Counted from the first letter of the stretch, positions 9,487-17,798 are shown. The stretch is DNA of 39,395 nt from Parcubacteria group bacterium (GCA_014383885.1 JACNGX010000038.1:1-39395); one strand, 5' to 3'. Notes: generated by a model from the letters alone, not told the origin. Translations and numbers: made by a program.

Positions 9487-12006
9487 TTACCCCTTATGAT
9501 GCGGTGCGTTAATCATGCCACATTTTTTGTATTTATACACTTCTCCCGTTGTGGGATTTACCGCCCCACACGGACACGGATCATTACGTCCCACCTTTTC
9601 TTCAGCGCGTGTGGGAATTTGCTTGGAAGATTCATCTCCGCCTGTATTCGTTCGTGCGTTTTCCATGCTCTTTTTTGTCTCTTCCAACTTCTGTTCTTCA
9701 CGCTTAAATGCACCCGCGCCGATATTGGGAAGCGTCTGCGCAATCTGATCGAAGATGCTCTCCTCAAGGATATGGAACATGCGCAGTCCTTCTTTTTTGT
9801 ATTCCACAAGAGGATCACGCTGACCATATGCACGGAGGTTCACCGAACTGCGCAAATGATCCATCGTGGAAAGATGCTCCATCCAGAGCATATCAATGAC
9901 TTGCAGAGCCACACGTCGCGCCGTGCCCCAAAATCCCTCTTCACCAAGAAGCGCGACTTTCTCCTCTACGGTCTTTTCAATATCCGGATATATATTCTTA
10001 ACTTCCTCAAAGAAAGAAACCACATCATCATGGTCCCCGAGAAGAAGCACACGGCGACGATTATAAATTGACGTACGCTGACGATTCAACACATTATCGA
10101 ATTCAAGTACGTGCTTACGAGCATCAAAATTGAATCCTTCAATTTTTTTCTGCGCGGTTTCAAGTGAGCGTGTAATCATTTTGTTTTCAATTGGCTCATC
10201 TTCGGGGATTCCAAACCGTCCCATCATGGATTTAATGGCATCGGAGGCAAACACTCGCATGAGAGAATCTTCAAGCGACACGAAAAACTGCGTCTCACCT
10301 TGGTCCCCTTGTCTACCGGCACGTCCGCGGAGCTGATCATCAATACGACGCGCTTCGTGGCGTTCGGTACCAAGCACGAAAAGACCCCCGAGCGATTTCA
10401 CCTCTTTGTATTCTTCTTCGGTACACGGATTACCGCCGAGCTTGATATCAACACCGCGTCCCGCCATGTTGGTTGCCACCACAACCGAGCCCTTTCGGCC
10501 CGCCTGGGCAATCACTTCGCCTTCGGATTCATGTTGTTTGGCGTTTAAGACATTATGCTTGATGCCCTCTTTTGTGAGATACGCCGAAAGGAGTTCATTA
10601 TTTTCCACCGAAACCGTACCAATCAACACCGGCTGTCCTTTTTCTTGGAGTTTTTTCACTGTACGCGCGATGGCGGTGAACTTTCCTTTTTCTGTTTGAT
10701 AAATGAGATCATTGCGATCCACACGAGCAATAGGAACATGGGTCGGCACAGGAATGACATCAAGACCATACACTTTGTAGAACTCCTCCGACGACGAAAG
10801 CGCCGTACCGGTCATGCCTGAGAGCTTTTCATACATACGGAAATAATTTTGAAAGGTAATGGACGCAACCGTACGTGATTCGTGTTGCACCGGTACACTC
10901 TCCTTCGCCTCAACCGCCTGATGCAAGCCATCGGACCAACGCCTTCCGGGCTGCATACGACCCGTAAATTCATCTACGATGATTACTTGCCCGTCGCGCA
11001 CGACATAATCTTTATCGCGCTCAAAAAGCGCGCGCGCGCGAACCGCCGTTTCAAGATGATGTACGGAGGTAATACCCTTATCGGTGTAGATATTATCGAC
11101 ACCAAGCACGCGCTCCGCCTTTTCAATACCGATGTCGGTAAGCTGAATGGCCTTTCGTTTTTCATCCACCGTATAATCTTCATCGCGCTTGAGTGTTGAG
11201 GCAATACGTGAAAACTGACTATACAAATCACCGGCGCTCTGTGCTTGAGCGGAAATAATAAGCGGTGTGCGCGCCTCATCGATTAAAATAGAGTCTACTT
11301 CGTCGACAATGGCAAAGGCATGGGGACGCTGCACGATTTTATCTTTTGTATAGGCAATGTTATCACGCAAATAATCAAAACCGAATTCATTGTTGGTTCC
11401 GTAGGTGATATCCGCCATATACGCTTCGTGTCGCTCCGCCGGACGCAAAAACTCATGAAAGACCTTAAACGAACCGAGCTCGTCGCGCTCTTCATCCACA
11501 TCCTTGTGTCCGGGATCATATATATATGAAGAATCGTGATTGAGAACCGCAACAGTAAGCCCGAGTGCATGATATACCTGCCCCATCCACACAGCATCAC
11601 GACGAGAAAGATAGTCGTTGACAGTTACCACATGAGCACCTTTCCCCGGCAGTGCATTGAGATATGTAGGGAGTGTTGCCACAAGCGTCTTTCCTTCACC
11701 GGTACGCATCTCCGCAATACCTCCTTTGTGGAGAATGATACCTCCAAGGATTTGCACATCGTAATGGCGTTGGTTGAGAGTGCGCTTTGCCGCTTCGCGC
11801 ACACAGGCATATGCCTCCGGCAGAAGCTCATCAAGCACCTCTCCTTTTTCCAAACGACTGCGAAACTCCGCCGTCTTTCCTTTCAGATCTTCGTCGGAAA
11901 GCACAGATATATCGCTTTCAAGAGCGTTTATCTGCTCGACAAGAGGACGTAATTTCTTCAATTTTTTCTCCGGTGTATCACCGAATACCTTTTCCAATAC
12001 TGACAT
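9487..12006 (-). CDS. secA: Preprotein translocase ATPase SecA
   Basis: The N-terminus reads MSVLEKVFGD...LKGKTAEFRSRLEKGE. It contains the Walker A motif MRTGEGKTL and the DEAD-like motif DEVDSILIDEARTPLIIS. The C-terminus has a Cys-rich metal-binding tail. The start is set at ATG 12004-12006, because the 46 upstream codons have no SecA counterpart. Confidence 0.97.
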   Translation of the reverse strand: MSVLEKVFGDTPEKKLKKLRPLVEQINALESDISVLSDEDLKGKTAEFRSRLEKGEVLDELLPEAYACVREAAKRTLNQRHYDVQILGGIILHKGGIAEMRTGEGKTLVATLPTYLNALPGKGAHVVTVNDYLSRRDAVWMGQVYHALGLTVAVLNHDSSYIYDPGHKDVDEERDELGSFKVFHEFLRPAERHEAYMADITYGTNNEFGFDYLRDNIAYTKDKIVQRPHAFAIVDEVDSILIDEARTPLIISAQAQSAGDLYSQFSRIASTLKRDEDYTVDEKRKAIQLTDIGIEKAERVLGVDNIYTDKGITSVHHLETAVRARALFERDKDYVVRDGQVIIVDEFTGRMQPGRRWSDGLHQAVEAKESVPVQHESRTVASITFQNYFRMYEKLSGMTGTALSSSEEFYKVYGLDVIPVPTHVPIARVDRNDLIYQTEKGKFTAIARTVKKLQEKGQPVLIGTVSVENNELLSAYLTKEGIKHNVLNAKQHESEGEVIAQAGRKGSVVVATNMAGRGVDIKLGGNPCTEEEYKEVKSLGGLFVLGTERHEARRIDDQLRGRAGRQGDQGETQFFVSLEDSLMRVFASDAIKSMMGRFGIPEDEPIENKMITRSLETAQKKIEGFNFDARKHVLEFDNVLNRQRTSIYNRRRVLLLGDHDDVVSFFEEVKNIYPDIEKTVEEKVALLGEEGFWGTARRVALQVIDMLWMEHLSTMDHLRSSVNLRAYGQRDPLVEYKKEGLRMFHILEESIFDQIAQTLPNIGAGAFKREEQKLEETKKSMENARTNTGGDESSKQIPTRAEEKVGRNDPCPCGAVNPTTGEVYKYKKCGMINAPHHKG

Positions 12007-12093
12007 GGGAGTATGGTAGCACAGAAGTACCCCGAGCGCCAAAGACGTGCTTCGCACATCTTTGACGCTCGTGATGACATAGAATAAGGGAGT

Positions 12094-12125
12094 ACCCAAA
12101 AATCGCCCTCGGGCGATTTTTGGGT
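12094..12125 (-). terminator. Terminator-like perfect palindrome downstream of the histone-like gene
   Basis: ACCCAAAAATCGCCC-TC-GGGCGATTTTTGGGT has perfect 15-bp arms. It lies 32 nt after the stop at 12157. Confidence 0.65.
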
Positions 12126-12156
12126 AAGCAATATGTGACGTCACACATGCTCGGAA

Positions 12157-12432
12157 TTATTTGCTCTTTTTGGTAGCTTTGCGCTTGGTTGTTTTCTTTA
12201 CAGCTTTTTTCTTTGGAGCTGCTTTCTTTTTCGTTGTCTTCTTCTTTGCGGTTTTCTTTACCGCTTTCTTCTTCGGAGCTGCTTTTTTCTTGGTCGTCTT
12301 TTTAGCAACTTTGCGCTTTGTTGTTTTCTTTACAGCTTTTTTCTTTGGAGCTGCTTTCTTTTTCGTTGTCTTCTTCTTTGCGGTTTTCTTTACCGCTTTC
12401 TTCTTCGGAGCTGCTTTTTTCTTTGCTGGCAT
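12157..12432 (-). CDS. Lys/Ala-rich histone-H1-like (HC2/AlgP-like KKAAP-repeat) DNA-binding protein
   Basis: 91 aa from ATG 12430-12432: MPAKKKAAPKKKAVKKTAKKKTTKKK..., made almost entirely of K, A, T, P and V. The upstream part of the 150-aa ORF is AT-rich low complexity and is rejected. Confidence 0.8.
   Translation of the reverse strand: MPAKKKAAPKKKAVKKTAKKKTTKKKAAPKKKAVKKTTKRKVAKKTTKKKAAPKKKAVKKTAKKKTTKKKAAPKKKAVKKTTKRKATKKSK
12177..12424. repeat. Near-perfect tandem duplication, period 132 bp (44 codons), inside the histone-like CDS
   Basis: 12177-12292 and 12309-12424 are identical except for one position (G12188 versus T12320). Each unit is itself made of two ~66-bp half-repeats. 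Confidence 0.9.
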
Positions 12433-12466
12433 AATGATATAAAAAATGAAAATGAATAATTCGACC

Positions 12467-12501
12467 AAAACTTTTTTCAAAAAGTTTTTGAAAAAAGTTT
12501 T
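12467..12501. promoter_or_regulatory. 35-bp perfect palindrome in the leader/promoter of the histone-like gene
   Basis: AAAACTTTTTTCAAAAA-G-TTTTTGAAAAAAGTTTT has 17-bp arms. It lies 35-69 nt upstream of the ATG at 12432. Confidence 0.5.
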
Positions 12502-12758
12502 TCTTCTTACATTCATTATCGTACATTCAAAAACAAAGCACAATAATTTTTTTACAAAAAGTGTGGATAAGTAAAAAAAGAAAAATAAAATAAAAAAATT
12601 CAAAAACAAAATGCCAAAGAAAAAACAGGGGACTAAAAATTAGGAGATTAAACATTAAAAGTTAAAAACAAAAATTACAAATCAGGAGATTAAAAGTTAG
12701 AAGAATAAAGATTAAAAAGTTAAACAAAAAACCTAAAATAAGAAAGAGTTAATTATGT

Positions 12759-12790
12759 AATTAATTATATAATAAATTATATAATTAATT
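12759..12790. repeat. AT-only palindrome
   Basis: AATTAATTATATAA-TAAA-TTATATAATTAATT has 14-bp arms. It directly abuts the murB terminator. Confidence 0.6.
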
Positions 12791-12796
12791 TTCACG

Positions 12797-12832
12797 AAAA
12801 AAGCGCGGCTAGGGAGGCGTCGCGCTTTTTTA
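12797..12832. terminator. Intrinsic terminator of murB (bidirectional)
   Basis: The stem pairs GCGCGGC with GTCGCGC (7 bp, one G-T). It is flanked by an A-run upstream and a T-run downstream. Confidence 0.7.
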
Positions 12833-12923
12833 CTAAAAACTAAAAACTACCGACTAAAAACTTACTCCTCATGTCTCCTCACTCCAACAACCACTTTTCT
12901 CTCCTCTCTCTACTCACCGCTCT

Positions 12924-13946
12924 CTACTTCACTATCACCACTTCCGGTTCAAGCATAATCCCCGTTTGGTCGTGCACCTTCTGTTGCACCTTCTCCATAA
13001 ACATCTGTATCTCCTCACTATTTTCTCTTCCTTCATTCACAATCACAAGCGCCTGATGTTCCCACGTGCCCACATTCCCTTCCCTCACCCCACGCATCCC
13101 CGCCACATGATCAATCAGCCATCCAGCGGCAAATTTTACCCTGCTATCGGGAAGCATGGTATGCACGGCGTCGGGATATTTTTCCAATACATGCCTTCCC
13201 GTACAATCATCAACAATTGGATTTTTAAAAAACGATCCGGCAGTGCCAATCTTTTTCCAATCAGGAAGTTTGCGAGCGCGCACACGTGCAACCGCCTCAG
13301 CAATATTTCGAGAACCACTCACGCCATTTGATACACGCTCCATTTCTTTTACAATATCGAGGTGGAGTGTGCGCTCAGATACCGTATGAGAAAAACGAAG
13401 TGCCGCGCGCACAACGACATATCGATTCGGCTCTTTCTTGAAGAGCGAGTCGCGATATCCAAAATTACACATACCTTTTTCAAGACGAATCGTTTTTTTC
13501 TTTTTCATATCATACACTTCCACCCAAGAGACAACATCTTTCACTTCGCTTCCATAGGCGCCGATATTTTGCACAATCGCTCCACCCACAGTCCCCGGGA
13601 TTGTCGCCAGGCACTCGATACCATAAAACCCTCTCTCAACCGAACTATTCACCACATCATTCCACGCCTCTCCCGCTTCGGCGACACATGTCACATCACC
13701 GGTATCAGTATGAGAAAAAGTAATTCCCTTGTTTTTTATATGCACGACAACACCCGTGAATCCTTCGTCAGAAAATAACGTATTTGAACCACCACCAAGA
13801 ATATGGATAGGTATGTTCTTTTCTTCAGCACATGAAAGCGCATCAACAATGTCGTCCTCCGACGCAACAAAAAACAGGTACCGTGCCAGCCCACCCGCAC
13901 GGAGCGTGGTGTAATCGGCAAGCAATACCTGTTCCCTACAATCCAT
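12924..13946 (-). CDS. murB: UDP-N-acetylenolpyruvoylglucosamine reductase
   Basis: It has the FAD-binding PCMH-type N-terminal domain (YTTLRAGGLARYLF, ILGGGSNTLF) and a MurB C-terminal domain (AGWLIDHVAGMRG). The start is chosen at ATG 13944-13946 (MDCREQV). An alternative ATG at 14039 would add 31 aa. Confidence 0.9.
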   Translation of the reverse strand: MDCREQVLLADYTTLRAGGLARYLFFVASEDDIVDALSCAEEKNIPIHILGGGSNTLFSDEGFTGVVVHIKNKGITFSHTDTGDVTCVAEAGEAWNDVVNSSVERGFYGIECLATIPGTVGGAIVQNIGAYGSEVKDVVSWVEVYDMKKKKTIRLEKGMCNFGYRDSLFKKEPNRYVVVRAALRFSHTVSERTLHLDIVKEMERVSNGVSGSRNIAEAVARVRARKLPDWKKIGTAGSFFKNPIVDDCTGRHVLEKYPDAVHTMLPDSRVKFAAGWLIDHVAGMRGVREGNVGTWEHQALVIVNEGRENSEEIQMFMEKVQQKVHDQTGIMLEPEVVIVK

Positions 13947-14108
13947 ATAATTTGGATTTTGTTTTATTTTGCGCACGCACACGACCGGCGGGGCGAGCTC
14001 CAAAAAAAATGTCTTAATGTGAGTGCAACCGCCGGTCATGTCCGAGCGCAAAGCATTGAACACAACACGAAAGATGCTCTCATAGTATACGGGAACACCC
14101 ATATAAAC

Positions 14109-14130
14109 GCAAATCCCGCCAAAGGCGGGA
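14109..14130 (-). terminator. Weak terminator-like hairpin after the Wzy-like gene
   Basis: TCCCGCC-AAA-GGCGGGA (14114-14130) forms a 7-bp stem. The minus-strand T-run after it is short (TTTGCGTTT). Confidence 0.35.
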
Positions 14131-14224
14131 CTTACGCAGACATTCGTTGTTTTTGAAGCGCACAGAGCAAAAGCTCCAAACACTCACATGAGTATTATAG
14201 CAGATTTTCAAAATAATGCAAGTA

Positions 14225-16411
14225 CTATGGTAATGCCTCGAGATACGCCTCTCCTTGTTTCTGAAAATCAGGGAATCGAGCAATCGCATCTTCAAGAACA
14301 GTACGGGCTTCTTCGTATCTTCCCGCCTTTGCATACAGCGATGCGTATCCCGTGAGCATACCACTATCGAGCATGCCCTGCTGTTCCGCTTCATACATCA
14401 CATCTTCCCATATGTGAATCGCATCATTATACGCGCCGGCATCAGAGAAAAGCTGTGCGAGCGTTCTGTCGGCAATGCGCACATGTTCTGGAAGCGCAAC
14501 AAGAATGTCAGAAGCCTCGTCAATGCGATCTGCATATACCAGCGCTTTTATCAAAAGATGCGCGGCCGCCACATATTCAGGAGTACGAGCATACACCTCG
14601 TATCCGGTTTCCACCGCTGCATCATATGCATCGCCTGAGAGTTGAATCATTCCTTTTATAATCAAAAACTGCACCTTCTCGGGAGAACGCTTGAGCGCCT
14701 TTTGTATCCATGAAAGCGCCTCTTCATTACGGTCCTGACTTATAGAAAGAACACTAGCGGTATACAACGGACGCGCGTGAAGTGGGCGCTCTTTTATTTC
14801 TTTTTCAATTTCATCTTTGGCACGTGTAGAGAGAACGTCCTTCACATCGTCGGGAATGCTGTCGGCCCGAACAACACGCTGTGCCGTTTGTACAATCTGC
14901 TCGCGTGCTTCGCTTCTTCCGAGATACGTTCCTTCGAGTGCTTTCTTCCACGCAGTCTCGTTCTCCTCTGCTGTATAAGAAGTAGCACGCGCCTTTGCCA
15001 TGAGCGTTGCTGTGTTTGTGCGAAGCGCCGGTATATTTACGGCGTATACCAGAACAACCATTCCCAAAACACACACGGCGACAGTTGGTATGCGATATGT
15101 ATTAGAAATCTGAAATGGCATTTTTTTCTTTTCCTCTCCCACGTTCTTTTCACGCGCATGGACATACCCAAGAATGGTGAAGAACACAATGTAGCTGGTA
15201 ATCGTATCAAAAACAAAAAAGTTTTGCGCGGCATATCCAAGCACAACGCCCGAGAGAACACTTTTTTCAGCCACACTCATACGCCCTTTCCACACAAGAT
15301 ACAGAAGGGCAACGTACAGAGAGAGATATCCGAGAAGTCCAAGTATGCCGCCGGCGATCAGCCAATCCAAGAAAATATTGTGCGCTCGGTCAAAGAATGG
15401 TTCTTGATCATATAAGCGCGCGTCATAATATTTTAGAAAAACATAATCAAAATTCTCCTGTCCCCAGCCGAGTATCGGGCGTTCTTTCCACCCTTCAAGC
15501 GCAAGCCCCCATACCAAAAGACGCGAGCGTGTTGTTTTGTCTTCAAGTGAAATGGAGGCAAAACGACGAAGCGTTCTGTTTTCTGTTACAAAAGAAGATT
15601 CTCTCGCCGAGAAAAATATACCTCCCAGAATAATGAGGAGAGCGATGACACCGCCCGAGATTATACGAAACTTTTTCTCTTCTTTCGCACGAGTAAAAAA
15701 TACATAGAGAAGTGCCACAGTAATCGTGCCTACAATAAAACCAACCATCGCGCCACGCGTTGCTGTGTAGTACATAACCCAAAGATTGAAAAACGCAATG
15801 GCACCGTATACATATCGCTCTATGCGCACGATCTTCGGTCGTACTAAAAGAAAGAGTGCGAGCCCTGCGTGAAGCATGGCATAGGAACCAAGATACGCGG
15901 CATTCCCGAGGATTCCGGCAACACGATTTGCTTCACCGAGCTCTAAGAGTCCACCCAATCCCACAACTACCGACACACCCAACATGACACGCATGAGCCA
16001 CGTCCATGTTTTTTCTGTTTTCATTACTGAAGAAAGTGCCAGGAAATATCCTGCCAAGTGAAGAATTGTCACATACCCTTCCATGCGCTCAAATATACTC
16101 CAAAAACTTCTCAGCGGATCAAATGAAAAAAGTGTTGCAAGCCCCATGACACCGGTAAAACCAAGAATTGCATAGAGAATGGCGCTTTTCTTCTGCCGAT
16201 ATATCGGGGAAAGAATAGCAAGAGCGATCCAGGCAAAAAACATCACTTCAACAATAATACGAAATGCGAAGTTCTTTCCAACAACATATGGGAAAAAGGT
16301 ATACGAAGAAAAGACAAAGACGACAAGAGGTATGAGAAACACTCCCGCAAGAACGATTCCCTTCAGTATGCGTTCAACTTGTTCTTGATACATGTGTGTG
16401 CATTGTAGCAT
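14225..16411 (-). CDS. O-antigen ligase/polymerase-like (Wzy_C) polytopic membrane protein fused to C-terminal TPR repeats
   Basis: 728 aa. About 12 hydrophobic segments are followed by a TM-flanked loop typical of the Wzy_C/O-antigen ligase family. The ~270 C-terminal residues are TPR-like helical repeats (e.g. YASLYAKAGRYEEARTVLEDAI). ATG lies at 16411, with an alternative at 16393. Confidence 0.8.
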   Translation of the reverse strand: MLQCTHMYQEQVERILKGIVLAGVFLIPLVVFVFSSYTFFPYVVGKNFAFRIIVEVMFFAWIALAILSPIYRQKKSAILYAILGFTGVMGLATLFSFDPLRSFWSIFERMEGYVTILHLAGYFLALSSVMKTEKTWTWLMRVMLGVSVVVGLGGLLELGEANRVAGILGNAAYLGSYAMLHAGLALFLLVRPKIVRIERYVYGAIAFFNLWVMYYTATRGAMVGFIVGTITVALLYVFFTRAKEEKKFRIISGGVIALLIILGGIFFSARESSFVTENRTLRRFASISLEDKTTRSRLLVWGLALEGWKERPILGWGQENFDYVFLKYYDARLYDQEPFFDRAHNIFLDWLIAGGILGLLGYLSLYVALLYLVWKGRMSVAEKSVLSGVVLGYAAQNFFVFDTITSYIVFFTILGYVHAREKNVGEEKKKMPFQISNTYRIPTVAVCVLGMVVLVYAVNIPALRTNTATLMAKARATSYTAEENETAWKKALEGTYLGRSEAREQIVQTAQRVVRADSIPDDVKDVLSTRAKDEIEKEIKERPLHARPLYTASVLSISQDRNEEALSWIQKALKRSPEKVQFLIIKGMIQLSGDAYDAAVETGYEVYARTPEYVAAAHLLIKALVYADRIDEASDILVALPEHVRIADRTLAQLFSDAGAYNDAIHIWEDVMYEAEQQGMLDSGMLTGYASLYAKAGRYEEARTVLEDAIARFPDFQKQGEAYLEALP

Positions 16412-16481
16412 ACTTCAGGAGATTAGGAGATTAACGGTTAAACGTTAAAGGAAACTAGCATCTACAAGCTCGAGGATCATC

Positions 16482-17798
16482 ATGCTATACTCTCTCATAT
16501 ATATGAAGCGCCTAAAATCTCACATCCACACACTCCTCACAAAAGGAAGTGAAAAAATCGGTACCGACCTCGTCTATATTGTAAAAGGCGGAACATGGCT
16601 CGCACTAGGGCAAGGCGTTGCTTCACTCGGCGGCATATGCCTTGCTATTGCATTCGCCAACCTTCTTTCTATTGAGACATACGGAAATCTGAAATTCATA
16701 TTATCATTCCTCTCTCTTCTTTCCATACCGACAATCCAAGGAATGAATTTGGCCATTGTACGCACCGTTGCGCAAGGAAATGAAGCAACCATATACCCCG
16801 CACTTTCTCTCCGTATGAAAGGAGGTTTTATCGGCTCTCTTGCATCACTTGGTGTCGCTCTATATTTCACCACGACGAACGCTTCATCTCTCGTCTTTGG
16901 TTTTCTCATCCTCGCCTGTGCCGTCCCTTTCTTTCAAACACTTCCTCTTTGGAAAGACTACCTTAATGGAAAGAAAAAATTCCGAACACTCAGTATCTAT
17001 CAATCAACAGGAAATATCCTTCGTATTACAGTGATTATCATTACTCTCTTTATCACTCAAAATATATTCTTTATACTCGGAGCATATCTTTTAACGCATA
17101 TACTTACTCACGCCGCTACGTTTCTTATTACGCTTAAAAGATACCCTCCTAATACACGGAAAGATGTCACAACCACACCCTACGCATTCCATCTCAGCGC
17201 TATGAGCGTTCTCGATACCATCGCAAATCAAGTCGACAAAATCCTTCTCTTCTTTTTTCTAGGTCCGGCGAGTATTGCCATATACGCATTTGCTCTCCGC
17301 CCCGTCGAAGAGCTTCGCAACCTTCTTCAAAGTATTTCCAAGCTCAATATCCCAAAATTAAGCATGCGTGATCTTCCCACACTCAGACACACTCTTTCAA
17401 AAAAAGTTCTTCTCTTTTCACTGGCTATTATCCCTTTCGTTGCTCTTTATATCATCCTTGCCCCTCTTTTCTTTTCACTCGTATTTCCTCAATATGAGAG
17501 CGCTGTCATCTACTCCCAAGTATTTTCTCTTACCCTTATTCTGTATCCCAAAAAGATCATGTGGCACGTGCTCACAGCGCATGCGCAAAAAAAAGAACTT
17601 TACGTACTCAACACCCTCATCCCGCTCATAAAAATCGCTCTTTTTTTCACACTCCTTCCTCTCTACAGTATATGGGGTGTTATTGCCACCCTCTTCATTA
17701 TTGAGGTCATTACCTATGTTGCTCTTTGGATCACTCTTTTCCAAATCGGAAAATCCGACGCACAACACGCACGAACACCCCCCACTGCTTCTTCCTAA
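16482..17798 (+). CDS. Polysaccharide/oligosaccharide flippase (Wzx-like, MOP superfamily)
   Basis: 438 aa with about 12-14 TM segments and the glycan-locus context. ATG lies at 16482, with an alternative at 16503. Confidence 0.75.
   Translation: MLYSLIYMKRLKSHIHTLLTKGSEKIGTDLVYIVKGGTWLALGQGVASLGGICLAIAFANLLSIETYGNLKFILSFLSLLSIPTIQGMNLAIVRTVAQGNEATIYPALSLRMKGGFIGSLASLGVALYFTTTNASSLVFGFLILACAVPFFQTLPLWKDYLNGKKKFRTLSIYQSTGNILRITVIIITLFITQNIFFILGAYLLTHILTHAATFLITLKRYPPNTRKDVTTTPYAFHLSAMSVLDTIANQVDKILLFFFLGPASIAIYAFALRPVEELRNLLQSISKLNIPKLSMRDLPTLRHTLSKKVLLFSLAIIPFVALYIILAPLFFSLVFPQYESAVIYSQVFSLTLILYPKKIMWHVLTAHAQKKELYVLNTLIPLIKIALFFTLLPLYSIWGVIATLFIIEVITYVALWITLFQIGKSDAQHARTPPTASS

Noticed and set aside
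12134-12145. The 12-bp palindrome TGTGACGTCACA in the 3' region of the histone-like gene, considered as a CRP-type or CRE-like operator.
   Set aside because: The half-site spacing (2 nt) does not fit CRP-family sites (6 nt). It is a single occurrence with no gene downstream to regulate, so it is probably incidental.
12832-12868. A CRISPR-like or other repeat array suggested by repeated short words (ACTAAAAAC x3 here; TTAGTTTT-type words at 28941-28960 and 29138-29146).
   Set aside because: The units are only ~9 nt, immediately adjacent or irregularly spaced, with no spacer-sized unique inserts and no cas genes. They are treated as low-complexity intergenic words.
12433-12870. The possibility that the A-rich region is the chromosomal replication origin.
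   Set aside because: I found only one perfect DnaA box (12562-12570) and no cluster, and there is no dnaA/dnaN nearby. It is kept only as a low-probability alternative under the corresponding finding.
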